NCBI GenBank assembly: GCA_951406725.2
Contig: OX597814.1
Span: 38,874,001 to 38,938,000 of the forward strand
DNA: 64,000 nucleotides
Reading direction: 5' to 3'
From: Octopus vulgaris
Taxonomy: Eukaryota
Part shown: one piece after another, positions 36,986-51,746 of the stretch
How the letters are laid out: every line of letters begins with the position of its first letter
How positions within the stretch are numbered: position 1 is the first letter of the stretch
Position numbers and translations under genes: made by a program
Notes under the pieces: generated by a model
Told to the model about the DNA's origin: nothing
What the model saw: the letters and a program-made list of their open reading frames with translations, nothing else
The model's database searches: none

Positions 36986-37574
36986 AGATAAACTTGGAAG
37001 TGGTGGTCAAAACTAGTCCTGGACAAGGTGTATATTCTTTCTTGTACCACCATATGGACACACATACACACACACATATATATATATATAACAGGAAAAA
37101 AAAATTTACATGTATACTTAGTATATATGTGCACGTATTTAAATTAAATCTAATACAATTAAACGGTCTCGTATTTTCATGATATAGAAATGTGCCAGTT
37201 TTGTGGAACGGGAATGGCGTAGTTAACTGTACCGCTAAAGCCTAAATTTTATTGGCAGAATATGTCTCAGATTACTTTCAGTTATTCCACATTTTGATTG
37301 GCTTAGGATGGTTAAGTGGCGAGTGTATTATGGTCATCTAAGTTGCGTGCGAAATCACGCCAAAGGCTTTGTCACTTATGTTTATATAAATATGCTCTGC
37401 TCGACTATTTACATTTATATATAAGTATAGGAGCATTGTCATCCCGTATGCTATGTACGCTGAATAGCGCAACCCGTCATACACATACTCGCGCACACAC
37501 ACGCAGACATTTGCTCACACACATGCACGCACACACACGCATATACATGCATACACCCACCAATAAATATATAT

Positions 37575-37892
37575 GTGGCTCAGTGGTTAGAGCGTCGAGC
37601 TTACGATCGTGAGGTTGTGAGTTCGAATCCCGGACCGGGCTGCGTGTTGTGTTCTTGAGCAAGACACTTTATTTCACGTTGCCCCAGATCACTCAGCTGC
37701 AGAAATTAGTTGTGACGTCAAGCTGTATCGGCCTTTGCCTGTCCCTTGGATAACATTAGCGGCGTGGAGAGGGGAGGCTGGTATGCGTGGGCGACTGCTG
37801 GTTTTCCATAGACAACTTTGCATGGACTTGTGCCTGGCAGGGTAACTTTCTAGATGCAATCCCATGGTCAGTGTCATAACCGAAGGCGGTCT
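37575..37892 (+). mobile_element. tRNA-derived SINE, same family as 22031-22365
   Basis: Same head and body sequence. Confidence 0.88.
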
Positions 37893-37900
37893 CAGATATT

Positions 37901-37956
<56 letters not shown>

Positions 37957-37957
<1 letters not shown>

Positions 37958-38267
37958 CAACAATTGAGGGTAAAATTAATTAATTATTAATCAATTTCAC
38001 CAAGTATTCAGTATGTAAAGGGACCATTTAAGGCGAATTCAAATTATTACATTATATAAAAGGGCTTAGTAAAATAAATTACTTTGCCACATACTGAACT
38101 CATTAGAAATAGCAGCTAAAAAAAAAATTTTTAACTATTTCTAATACTTAAAGAAAAAGATTTTCTTTAAGTATTAGAAATAGTTTAAAAAAATTTTTTT
38201 AGTTGCTATTTCTAATGAGTTCAGTATGTGGCAAAGTAATTTATTTTACTAAGCCCTTTTATATAAT
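37957..38267. repeat. (TA)n-embedded element with near-perfect 107-bp palindrome
   Basis: Arms 38051-38157 and 38161-38267, loop AGA. The left part is related to 60425-60525 in the opposite orientation. Confidence 0.88.
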
Positions 38268-38658
38268 ATATATATGGTGGTTGCCCCCTCGTTATCGAGT
38301 ATGGCCATTGCACGAAGCTTAATCAAAGTTGTTATCGTGCAATGCCAACGCAAGAAGATTTTTTTAAAAGTGAGGAAAAGCTGTGCACTGAGTCAATCCC
38401 ACTCACTAAGCAACAGCAGCCATAATCCGAAAAGAAGACCCGACCATGCAACAGGTTGTACTAGGTTACATGTTACCAGTAGCACTCGAAATTGACCCGA
38501 CATAATATTTATATATATATATATATATGATAATCGATGAAATATTATAGAATTCCTGATACTTGGAGACAACCATGGGGCAACTGGTTGGCGAATCTAG
38601 TAAACATTAGAAACTGCCTATCCAAAATCTCATAAATTCATGTTTTTGAGCGAGTGTT

Positions 38659-38697
<39 letters not shown>

Positions 38698-39165
38698 ATG
38701 TGTGCGTGTGTCCGCGAACGTGTTTCTTTGTGTCTCTGTTTGTGCCCCACCATGCTTGACAACCACTGTTCATGTTTTGACGTCCCCGCATGATAGAAAA
38801 AATACTTTGCTTAAAAGAAGAAAACCCGGTGTCGACTCATTCGACTAAAACCCGTCAAGTAAAAGATAAAAGATCTTGATTAAAGTTTCTGTCCTGTTGC
38901 AGTTATAATATATACGTACACCACCATCTTTTGTAACTTTTTTTTATATGAGATGATTAGTATAGTATGTGAGGGATCCCATGGTTATTAAGACAAATAT
39001 TTATTGCAATTTTAATAATCATTAAGAAGACATGCTGCTAAAATTCTTAACTTACCAGGGTCGATAAGTAGTGGAGTCGATTAAATCGACTACCTCTTTC
39101 CCTTAAAATTAATGTCTTTCCTCTCCTGAAATTCAAAAGAATAAATATCATTATTATCATCACCG

Positions 39166-39237
39166 AAATCATCTATTATTATTGTTTTTGCTCTTATTAT
39201 TGATGTTTTTGCTATTATTATTATTATTATTATTATA

Positions 39238-39269
<32 letters not shown>

Positions 39270-39295
39270 TATTATTATTGTTGTTATTATTATTG

Positions 39296-39327
<32 letters not shown>

Positions 39328-39381
39328 GTTGTTGTTATTATTATTATTATTATCATTATAATCATCATCATCATCATCATA
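39166..39381. repeat. (ATT/GTT/ATC)n trinucleotide microsatellite
   Basis: Direct reading. Confidence 0.9.
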
Positions 39382-40441
39382 TAGCATATTAATGATACAG
39401 GATTGATTATTGAAGACACATAATAATTTAGAGATTTTAAATAGAATATAATTAATTTTTGAGTATTTCATCTTGATATTCATTCCATACTTGCCAATTA
39501 ATTACAATTCTTTCAGACAACTTAGAGATACTCTTGTGTTAATTAAGGTATGACTTCCTATTTAGACATTGATATCGTATAAATATTCAGTATTGTTTAT
39601 TAAAATAATTGCTAAGTTGATAATTTATTCATATTATTTTTGTTTTTCATGTGAATTATACTTTTCACAATTATCAATTTTATGACTACAGAAAAATGCT
39701 AAATACTCCAAAATGTTGCTTTGTTTTTGTATTTCTATTGTCCAGTCATCTTCTGTTCAATTCTTTGTTGAAATGTCAATCACTAAATAATAATATAAAA
39801 TTCGTGAATTAACCCAAAAATTAACTTCACACCTCGTCAGTGCATTTAGTCCAGTAAAAGTATCACCACATATAACAATCTAATGTCTTATAAAAGAGAA
39901 ATATATGAAATAGTGGGAGACATTTTAACCGTTCCGATATCAATAAAGATGGGGAAATTATGAGTCAGCATAATTAGGGAACATAGGGTAATGCGTAGTA
40001 TTTTAAATTCATTCAAAAAGAGTTTGATTTAACTAGCAAATGGCGTAAGAACATAAATAACGATTGCAATTTTTTTTCAAGCACATTGTTTATTCGAATG
40101 TCTGGGAAATTGAAGAAAACATTACTGTACTAAATATTACGAATAAAAAAATAGTTATATTGAATAAAGTATATTCTTGCATTTAACTATACAATATATG
40201 TGTATGTATTATTAAGCTACGGAGTAGAGTAAGTGAAATGAGAATTGTAAATATTATGGTAATCTTATAAGCAACAACAATGTAGGTATATATCATTTTA
40301 CGCTAGATATTTAACATAATATATGAACGTAAAAGAAAATAATGGCACATATAGAAGGATAGGAAGGTAAAAAGACATTGAAATATAAGAGAAATCTGAT
40401 TAAAAACGAAAACTGATACAGTTTTAGTTTCCAATCATTTG

Positions 40442-41022
<581 letters not shown>

Positions 41023-41437
41023 GTCTGATTACAACATAATTTCCAAATACGACTATAATCTAAAAAATTATAAAATTCTCAGATGAAGCCAAAATAATTC
41101 TCCTCATTTTGACCTATCACGGCATACCCAACAAACACACACTTTCCTACTACCTTCTCCACTTCCACATCTTTCGCAAGTAATTCCCCTCTTAACCTAC
41201 ATCACATCTAATAATAAGTAATCTAGTTACCCTTCATACAGCTTAAACTCAATTAAAGCTCTGTGTTGTAAATGCAAAAAAGAAAAGTGGATCTTCCAAG
41301 TCAATGTCAACCTTTTTCCGGTAAAAGATTAATAGATATGTACTTGTGTAAACCCTCCATTTAGTGTGAAGTTACTTATATTTATGAAAAACCATAAAAA
41401 TCATTGAATTTTAAATATATATGTATATATATGATGG

Positions 41438-41490
<53 letters not shown>

Positions 41491-41816
41491 GTAAATATGA
41501 AGTTATGTATGTATATATACACGCACACATACATATATATTTATGATCATATAATTAGGTGAACTGTGTAATAAATTTGGTGAAACATTCCTAAAATTTA
41601 ATATTCTAAATCTCTCCTTATTTGATGTTGCAAATGTTCTCTATCGCGTGTCAAAATGTTGTTGCTAAATATGCGAGTTTCCTCTTCGTTGCATAATTTC
41701 TTCTCGGGGAATCAGATAATAGATGAATAAAATTAAGTTTGTAGAAATTTATATGTGCAGATGCATGCCTAGACACATGCGTGGATATACATACACACAC
41801 ATATAATATAATATAA

Positions 41817-41864
<48 letters not shown>

Positions 41865-41965
41865 CTTACATGTATATAACAACGTAAGCATACAATATAC
41901 ACATATAAGTATATATTTCTATATTATATATACATATATATCTGTGTAGGCCTGTATGTACGTGC

Positions 41966-41999
<34 letters not shown>

Positions 42000-42971
42000 C
42001 GTATATTTTCTTTATATATGCTTGTAAATGTTGCTAAAACTTAGACGTTCCTGTGTTTTTTTAACAGATGATAGTAGGGATCTATTACAATAAAATGAAG
42101 CTTGTAATTGAGTTTTGTTCTTCGCAAATTTATCGTGCTGGAGACTCTACATTAGGAAACATAAACAAAAAGGTTCTATGTTCAGGAAGCGGTTGTATGT
42201 ATCTGGCATATGTCGTAGTCTTTATCTAACTAATATAATTTAGCGTCTGTTTCTAACAAGCTCATGTGATGTTACATTTGCTTACTCTCTAGTGATTATC
42301 TTATCAAATAAAACATATTTGTGCATTGCTGAAAAATGAGGCTGAGTGTATTAGCGGGTGATATATTTTTATGTTCTTGTCTGTAGAAAATGTTTTCGTT
42401 TGTTTTTGCAGTTTTGATAGCGTAATCAATTTCATATCTCACTTCTGAATCCCTTATTCAATTGCGTTGTTTTGTATATAAGAGTATTTTGGTGCCAAGG
42501 GCTGCAATAAAACATTTACTACAATAAACTTGTTAATCTCCTTTCAACTTACGCTAGATATGTATAAATCGACCATTTGCTCACCATAACGTACCAGTTT
42601 CTGATTAAAGACACTACTATGTGATATGCAAAATGCTCTTGAAAATATTGCTGCTGAAATACTGAATACGATCATATCTTGCTTTGAGTAAAAGATACAT
42701 TTGCAAATGTAAAACTAGAAAAAGCATATTATTAACGTATGCTGTGCATGCGAGTTATATTAAGCTTGAAATGCTTTTATTTAAGTGTGTCCGTCTAAAA
42801 TCTATCTGACAGAAACTATTGGAAAATTTCGAAATTCTAATGAAGATCACATTTTTTTTTATAAAGAGAGAAGAAGCGTTATTGCTTCATCATCTTATGA
42901 GTATCCTTTCCAATTTGACACGAGCTTTTACGCATTAACATTGTCAAAATACATTTATGAAAATTTATATT

Positions 42972-43035
<64 letters not shown>

Positions 43036-43267
43036 TGACAGAATCATCCGTGAGTTGGTTAGGTTCCATTTAGGTAATCGTTTCGGCTGTTGTTAGTTCA
43101 AATACCACCTGGTAATATTTATCTTTCATCCTTCTTGGATCGATAAATAACTAATGGCAGTTCTGTATCGGCGTCGATATTTCTCTTTATTTCTGTCTGC
43201 TGGTTTTTGCTCCCTTACAGAAGACATTGTCCATTGTCAGAACTTTAAAAATAACCACGACACGTTC

Positions 43268-43312
<45 letters not shown>

Positions 43313-43496
43313 GTGCTTGTGTGTGTGTGAGAGAGAGAGAGAGAGTGAGAGAGAGAGAAGGGTATTGGTATCCAGAAGATCCAAGGTGGCAGGTAACGCT
43401 ATGTAATCATAATGGAATGGCAGTAGTTACACTGTCGGATCGATAATGATACTAGTGAGAAGTATACTGCGGGTCTTGTATGACCATGTATATATT

Positions 43497-43829
43497 AAAT
43501 AAAATTAGACCACAAAGCCAAGACATTAGAATTTTCGGATATTTATACAGAGAAGGTCAGTCTTACAGTTTTTTCTGGGATATTACGGATATCCCTTCAA
43601 CAGAGACGATGTGTGATGGTTAAATAGAGGGACATATTAGAGTTCAATATGAGGAGTTATTTTGGAAAAGAAAGCAAATAAGGAGTAAATAGGGAAATAG
43701 GAGAATGAATGTAGAAATAAAAATAGAAGTGCATAAAAATGTTATAGTTGCAGTTCCATTATCCAAGGAAGTGCTATACATAAGTTGTAGAAATTCTTCC
43801 TGTCCATGGTATGTAAATTACACTAGGAG

Positions 43830-43872
<43 letters not shown>

Positions 43873-44820
43873 GTGTGTATGTATGTGCGAACATGTATAT
43901 GCATGTTTGTATATGCATGTGTAGGCACGCATGCGTATGTGTGTATATGTATGTGTGTGTATAAATTTATGCATACGCACGGGTTTAACTGCACAAGTTC
44001 GCAGACCTATATAATAATGCATTCACACACACATATGTCTATTTATAGAAACTTGACTATTCTCACTATTCTTCCCTTCCAATTTGTGGTTTACTACCCA
44101 ATTAAGAAATTCCCTGCTATCCCTTTGTCTGTACCCATCTCTTAATGCTATTCTAACATATCATCCCACCTCACACACCTATTCATTATTTACATTCTTA
44201 TCTATTTCTTACCCATCTCCATTTCCTCTCCCATTCCCCATCATAATATCTTGACCACCAACTAACACTCCGTTTTTCACTTTCTTAAACTTTTTCACTT
44301 TCTCTTCTTGTTTTCATTTTCTCTTCGTTTTTCTTTCCTTATTTTCTCACTTTTTATTTGACCTTTCTCTTCATTTTACCATACACATCTCTTCTCCCCT
44401 CTCTATCCACTTTATACTAGAAATTCATTCTCAAATTTTCGTTCATACTACAAGACCACTTTGAATGAATAGCACATAGAATCTACACCTCTACGCTTTC
44501 CAAAAAATATGAACTCCTATTGGAATTTACATAAGCATTTACAAGAAGCATTTCTAACACTTCTACATACAAATTTACTTGGATGAAAGAACTGCAACTA
44601 TAGCATTTTATACACTTTATTTCTACATTCATTCTCCTATTTCCCTATATATCTCTTATTTGTTTGCTTTACAAAAACATCTCCCTCTATTTATCCATCA
44701 CACATCGTCTCTGATGAAGGGATATCCCTAATATACCAGAAACAGTTGTAAGGCTAACTTTCTCTTTATAAAAGTCCTGAAAATTCCATGCAGCCTTGGC
44801 TTTGTGGTCTCATTTTATTT
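43497..44820. mobile_element. PLE-derived element with ~320-bp inverted arms, each carrying a hammerhead
   Basis: 43497-43836 is the diverged reverse complement of 44507-44820. Confidence 0.8.
44707..44754 (+). ncRNA. Hammerhead motif; mutated inverted copy at 43560-43607 (-)
   Basis: GUCU-CUGAUGA-AGGGAUAU cccua AUAUACCA-GAAA-CAGUUG-UA-AGGC. Confidence 0.75.
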
Positions 44821-46176
44821 TAGAAGCGCGCGCGCGCACACACACATACACATAGCAGCTACCGAAAACTTCAGTCTTTGCCATCTCTTTGTTTACATGT
44901 ATACATGCATGCACATTTTTTATATCTGACTGTATATCTAACAGTTTTGTCTGTTTATTTGTATTATGATGCCTTTGTGTTTGTTTGTTTTTGTGCGTGT
45001 GTGTTTGTGTGTGTGTGTGGCATACGTGTGTGTGTAATCACGATTTCGCTTCACCTACCCGTTCGGGTAAAACCTTGTACTTAGCTGCTTAGGAATATCT
45101 ACCGTCATTGGCAGATAGGCACATACATGTCTCACCGAAGGATAGTAGGCCAGTCATCCGGCTGCAATTCTGGTCCGGTCGTAACGGAATTTGATGAGAA
45201 TAATTCTTATGTAAATAAATTTCAGAGATGCATAATTCTCTATTATTCTTTAAAATACTTTAATTACATACCTTTTATGCTACACGAAATCGAACGAAGG
45301 GTACTTCGATACTTATCGAGTGAGGCACCGTCTAATTGTTTATTGTAAACGGTTCTGTACGTTCTCTTGTATTCTATAATATGGTTAGCCATATCTGGAT
45401 TACATCAGTCTGCTAAAAATACACCCACCTGGACACCAAATCCCTATTCCTTCACCACTGTATGTGTGCGTGCTTGTTTGCATGTGTGTTTGCTTGTGTG
45501 TGTGTGTGCGCGTGCTTGAATGTTTTTGTATGTGTTTGCATGTGAGTGTGTCTTTTGTGTGTTTGCGTATGTGTGAGTGTATATACCGCACAGAGAGGTA
45601 GAGAGAGTTGTACATACAAACGCACATTAGTTAGTGAAACGTATTTAAACATAGTATTTACATTCGTTAAACGATTTCTTTCTGACGTGGTTTAATAGTT
45701 GGGTCTTGTTCTCTGACAATCCAAAACGGAAGTAAACCTATAGTGAACGCATTTCACGCTAATGCCTGAACTTTATATGTGGATGCTTTGTTCACTCAAA
45801 ATCGAAATGAAAATGAGGCATGTACTGTAGTGTGTATGTGTGTGTGTGCGCGCGCATGTTGTGTGTGTTTGTGTGTGTGTGTGCGCGCATGTTGTGTGTG
45901 CGTATACGTATGTGTATGTGTGCGGGGTGGGATTGCGTATGCTTGTGCGTGTTTATGCGTGGGTAAATTCCCATACGCGTCTTTTCGCGAGAGTAGAAGT
46001 TTCTCAATTACGGCGTAGCTTTATCTCACAGCGTCCCATTTCGTTAGAAAACATGAAATAGTGAAATCGTTTAAATAAAAGGAAAGAAATCTTTCTTAAA
46101 TCTTGAAGTGCATTTTAAGCAACATTATCACAGCGTTACTAACAATTCACAATCGAAACAAAATGTCACTGTATCA

Positions 46177-46212
<36 letters not shown>

Positions 46213-46216
46213 CTGT

Positions 46217-46268
<52 letters not shown>

Positions 46269-47409
46269 CAGACAGACAGACAGTATGCGTGTGTGTAACA
46301 GTGAATGAATATTCTTCTATTTTCGAATGCATCTTCCGTTTTATACTACATATATTTATGTATTACCTGGAAAAATGTGAGCAGGAAAAGAAATATTCTT
46401 AAGGTATTAAACCTGAAAATGTGAAGGACAAGTTATTACAAACAGAACGTATGGGACAGTCTATTACTTCTACTAAAGTAAAGAATAAGACATTTTTACT
46501 TAAAATATTGCAGCAAAGAACGTCAGTTCTTCTAATTTATCACTCTTTACAGTTCTCAGCTTTTAGATTTTTTGGACAAAACTGTTCAGGTAATTTGCAA
46601 GTTAGTCTAATTAGTTAATTAGTCACTTTTTCTGTATTTAAGCTAGTACATTAGCCAGATTTTACTGAAATAAGTATAGTTTCATTTGTAAACTACGATA
46701 AAATAATTTTTATTATTCAAATTTTAATTTTAGCTGCCATATTTAAACACACAGTTTCTTATTCTTTACTTTACTTGAAGTAAAAGATTTTCCTATACTT
46801 TTCCAGGTGTAATAACTTGTGCTGTACTTTTCCAGGTGTATCATCTGAAGGCTATTACTTTTCATGCTCGCATTTTTCACGTAATCCATGATTTTTCCAG
46901 GCATTGTTATTATATGTCAATCAATAATTTAAGATTTTAACTTATAAAATACTGAAAGATGATATTTCAATTATTCCATGTAAGTGATGATAATATTTCA
47001 ATTGTTTTCACATTTAATTTCAATATATGTTGTGATTGAATTATCTGATATCGCCAACCTACACCAAATTAAAGGCAAGGAAATTTACCAACTTGTTGGT
47101 TGCACTATGGCTCACCAAAAGTTACAACCAACAAGACACCAAATGTATCAGTTACCAGGCTCCCCTTAAGTAACCTAGATTTTGAGTTGGTGATAATAGC
47201 ACTAACGGCTACTAATCTAGATCTATCTATAATTATTCAATGCAGCAGTAATTATAAAAGCTTTTCAGATATACGCAAGTTAAAATTACCTACATCCCAT
47301 TAATATAAATTTGATTTATGAAAAATCCCTTTTCATTAATTTTGTAAGTTAAAAAACCAGTTTACAATATGGGAACTTTTAACTAGTGTCTTTTCTGGAC
47401 AGCCTTACT

Positions 47410-47565
47410 ACATGCCTTCAGGTTTGCTCATAGAGACACAGCCAACGATTACTATATTCCTGTCCCAATAAATTTAGATGCACATATTTGAAGCATATTA
47501 AATTTATTGGGGCAGGAATATAGTAATCGTTGGCTGTGTCTCTATGAGCAAACCTGAAGGCATGT
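47410..47565. repeat. Near-perfect 67-bp-arm hairpin (MITE-like)
   Basis: 47410-47476 versus 47499-47565, one mismatch seen, 22-nt spacer. Confidence 0.88.
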
Positions 47566-48782
47566 TAATATTAATGAACTAGCCTGATTAAATAATCAAC
47601 AAAAAAGAAAAGGATGATTACTAAAAAGGAAAAGCAAAAAAGCAGAAAGCAAGTTAAAGATGAAAGAGAAAATTAATAATAAGTTAAACTTAACCTAATT
47701 CGAAAGCATATTAAAGCTAAGTTTATTTTTAAAAATAACTTATACGAAAGGTAAAATCGACCTCGGTGGAATTTGAACTCGGAACGAAAAGACACATGAA
47801 ATCCACTAAGCATTTCGCTAGGAAAATGTAGGGTCCAAGGGAACGGTGTAAATCTAAGCGCTTCATGGATGTAAAACCCTGGATAAGTCCATAGACCAGA
47901 CATATCTATCTTTACGTATATATTCTACAGCACTAACACTTAGCGTGTATATAAATGTTTGTGTGAGTGTGTGTCTTTGTGTGTGTGTGTGTGTATTCTA
48001 CTTTTATCTTTTACTGGTTTCAACCCGCCGCTTAAGCGATGTTGATTCACCATGTATCGGTGGGAGTAGGTTTATTTCCTCTATTTTTTCTGGTGACATA
48101 AAGAATTAAAGAGTGCTGCTGTTGTTTGAGTCTACTCTTGTGATGAGTTCATTTGACATCTCATATAAAATTTGCGAAATCGTACTTTGAATACCTCCAC
48201 ATCTGCACCTTGCTAATCTCTAATATTGTTTAGCAGAATGATGAATAATTGTAAGCCTTTGAAACCCAAGCTGCTGCATTACTTGAGACGACGGCAGCAT
48301 CGCCTGCATGCAGTGCCGTACAGTTCGCTAGATGGCTTAAAATTAAATTTCAAATTTGCGTGCTAGACATTTGAAGGTCTTCCATATGTATAGCACTGCG
48401 TATCTTTAGTACCTTCATTCTGGAGAGTAGAGCGTCTATTTCTCTAGCTTCTCCCAGTAGCTCATCTGTTTCACCGAATCAGTTTTGTGTCGTGGAGTTT
48501 GACTGTCTCAAGTTCCGTCATCAGTTTGTCGCTCTGTGGTGACTACATTTAGTAGCAGTAATCCAGAAGATTGTGATGGAAATTTCTCCATAGAATTACC
48601 ATGGTATCCTTTTGCCTGGTTTTGAATGATCCAAAATTTCCTACAGCTACTTGCCCGCACAGTGTTTTCTTGTCGCTAATATGCACATGGAATTTTGGAT
48701 CATGACCGATGTGGATCCCAGGTCACACATCACTATTTGCACACGTTTATATACAGTGTTCTACATATTAAAAACATTATGT

Positions 48783-48839
<57 letters not shown>

Positions 48840-48896
48840 AGTAGTAGTAACAGAAAAGGGGAAATTTCGGTTGTCTCCACGTGGTGGATTGTAATG

Positions 48897-49620
48897 CATA
48901 TAAGAAAATAAAAACGGAAAATACGCACACTTACATGGTTATTGTATAATGTTTTAATGTATCGACCGGTTTCGCAATCGCTATTCATGATACAATGTTT
49001 AATTTATATGAAAATATATATTTCTTAAAAAGAAAATGGGTCCATGTTGTTTCTAATGAAATCCGTTTCCCGCAATACAAACACGTTCCTCTTAGTGAAC
49101 ACATAGAAAAATGTGCAGGTAACATGAAACCAAATTTTACAGTCTTCCCTTTCTACCAGTGCAAAGAGACAATCTCTCAACTAGAACGCTTAAATAAAGA
49201 AACTTTCTTTATTGAAAAATCAAAACGCGTCTTAATAAGCACGCATAACCAATTTTTATATTTTTACATATTACATCACTGTACATAAATGCACTACTAA
49301 ACAAGGCCCACCTTTTTTAAACCTGTCTCCTTTCTGTACACATATTTATTCGCCACCCAAAACCTAAACAGTTATCTCCCTTACACACAACAATAACAAT
49401 AATAACAACCAATTACCTCCCTTTACTTGTCAACTTGTAAAATCATTCACTTGGGAATTTCATTAGAAACAACATGGACCCATTTTCTTCTTAGGAAAAA
49501 TATATTTTCATATAAATTAAACATTGTATCATGAATAGCGATTGCGAAACCGGTCGATACATTAAAAATTATACAATAACCATGTAAGTGTGCGTATTTT
49601 CCGTTTTTATATTCTTATAT
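48897..49620 (+). mobile_element. 5'-truncated PLE with inverted pseudo-LTR; retains GIY-YIG C-terminus
   Basis: Arms 48897-49062 and 49455-49620. Internal IRFPQYKHVPLSEHIEKC..VFPFYQ..ERLNKETFFI aligns with ORF2 IRD..RQIPLSNHLATC..IFPFYK..ERKIREKNFI. Confidence 0.88.
49525..49561 (+). ncRNA. Minimal hammerhead with A3-U8 core variant; identical inverted copy 48958-48994 (-)
   Basis: UGUAUC-AUGAAUA-GC gauu GC-GAAA-CCGG-UC-GAUACA. Confidence 0.72.
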
Positions 49621-49794
49621 ATATATAATAATAATAATATTTAACAGTATATTTAAATATTGATTTTGATCATCCAGGTAATTCTAATAATTCTTAAAAT
49701 CGTTAAATATTATATTATATTTAATAGATCATATTACATTTGATAGAGCATATACCTAGTATTAAAGTAACCCGCAGTTCAACTATCGCGCACA

Positions 49795-49925
49795 CAGTAT
49801 ATCATGGTTCACTTATCATATTCTCAGTATATCACGGTTCCCTTATTGCGCACTCAGTACATCACGGTTCACTTATCACATTCTCAGTATATCGCGCTTC
49901 ATGTATCACGCACTAAGTACATCAG
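49795..49925. repeat. 30-bp tandem repeat with 60-bp higher-order alternation
   Basis: CAGTATATCACGGTTCACTTATCACATTCT-like units alternately ending ATTCT and GCACT. Confidence 0.8.
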
Positions 49926-50689
49926 GTATTTTTCTGGCTAATATATATAAATTCATATCGTAGAATCCTCAGTATATCGTAGAAACCTCAGTATATCGCC
50001 GCTTCCTGCGGCTGATAGAAATCTATATTTTTCTATGTTTTAAAAATTTTTGAGTTTTTTGAGGTTTTGGAATTGAACATTCGCTATCTTCTTCCCTCTT
50101 TCTCCCTCCCTCCTTCCCTCTTCCCCTTCCCTCTGCTCCCTCACTCCCCTTCTCTCTCCCCTCTCCCTCTTTCCTCCTTCTTCGCCCCCTCCTCCTCTCC
50201 TTCTTTCTCCCCAATCCTCACTCTCTCCCCCTCTCCTCCCCTTCCCCGCCCCCTCCTCTCTCCTTCCCCCTCTCCTCCCCCTCCCCATCTTCTCCTCTCA
50301 TACACACACACACACTTATACATACTAATACGTACTAATACATACTAATACATACTAATACATACACCAACCCCATACATACGCACGTCCAGACCTATCA
50401 TACGCACTAATACTCTATCACACACACACACACACACACACACCCTTATACATACTAATACATACTAATACATACACCAACCCTATACATACACACGTCC
50501 AGACCTCTCCTACGCACTAATAGCTGGTCATTCAACCCTATTATCAACCCTATTATCTCCCCTTATTTCGCTCTCGCGTCTCATGTTTGATCTTTGACCT
50601 CTGGCCGAAATCAGATCGCCATGTTGATTCGTTAGTTACTGCATGCATTTTTTTCTCTCCTTCTTTCTGTGTTTTTTTCTCTCTGTGTA

Positions 50690-50727
50690 TCTTTCTGTTG
50701 AAGAGCGTAGGCTCGAAACGTTAAAGA
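50690..50727 (+). ncRNA. Hammerhead-like motif, non-canonical core
   Basis: UCUUU-CUGUUGA-A-GAGC guag GCUC-GAAA-CG-UU-AAAGA, about 100 nt before (TA)n. Confidence 0.55.
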
Positions 50728-51675
50728 CTTATTTTATTTATATTTCCTGAGCGCCATACTAATACAATTGTTTGTTTGTTTCCCACCTGCCTTCGTCTTT
50801 TGTCTATTTTCATAAAGCTTCCCGTTATATAAATATATATATATCCAACCATTACAAAATGATGATTCCTAATTGGAAACTGATACCAATCTCGAACGGA
50901 AGTTATTTAGATGAGTGCGCCAAACAATAAAATAGCAATTGATCCATCCTAAATATTCTTTGTATATAGAATACCAATTTGTCAATCCTGGGCTGGTATG
51001 AAATGACATTTAGTTAACTTTTTATATATATCCTTACATATATGCCACTATTTGTACCAGTACAATTCAAATAAGAAGATTATTCCCACACAGCCAATAT
51101 TTTGAGAGTTTATCAAATTAAATGAGACGTATACGATCTTGAAGGCATTAAGCAATCGTTTAATAGTAATTTACAGAGAAAGGAATGCTTAAAACATATG
51201 CACTGTTCTAGTGCAATGAAACGGTTTTTACAGAAAAAATAAAAACAATAAAGAACGTGCGTTGAATGAAGTGTTCAGGAATGGCATTATTTATTTATTT
51301 ATATACGGCATTAGAACAATTACAAGGATGTATTATTAATATAAGTAGATTTTTGGAAAAGGAAACATATTTGTTGATAGATCTAACAGCTGTTTCGAAA
51401 ATTCAAAATCTAGTTTACCCCATATATGTGTATTATTCCAGCAGGTATGCATATTCTTGCCCGAAATTTGTATTTATCTCCCCAAAGTTGTCTTTATGCG
51501 ACAACATTCCTGTAATGCCAAATAAAATTATTTTATTCATATTTTGACTATTGATATACATACATAGCTATGTACATACATCGACACGAAACACACAAGC
51601 ACGCACAAACAAACACATGGACACAGAAAACTACACAAGCGGATCCATATATACTCACACATCTCTCTCTTTCTC

Positions 51676-51746
<71 letters not shown>

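Noticed and set aside
49795-49925. CRISPR-like regular repeat
   Set aside because: Contiguous tandem units without unique spacers, eukaryotic context, no cas genes.
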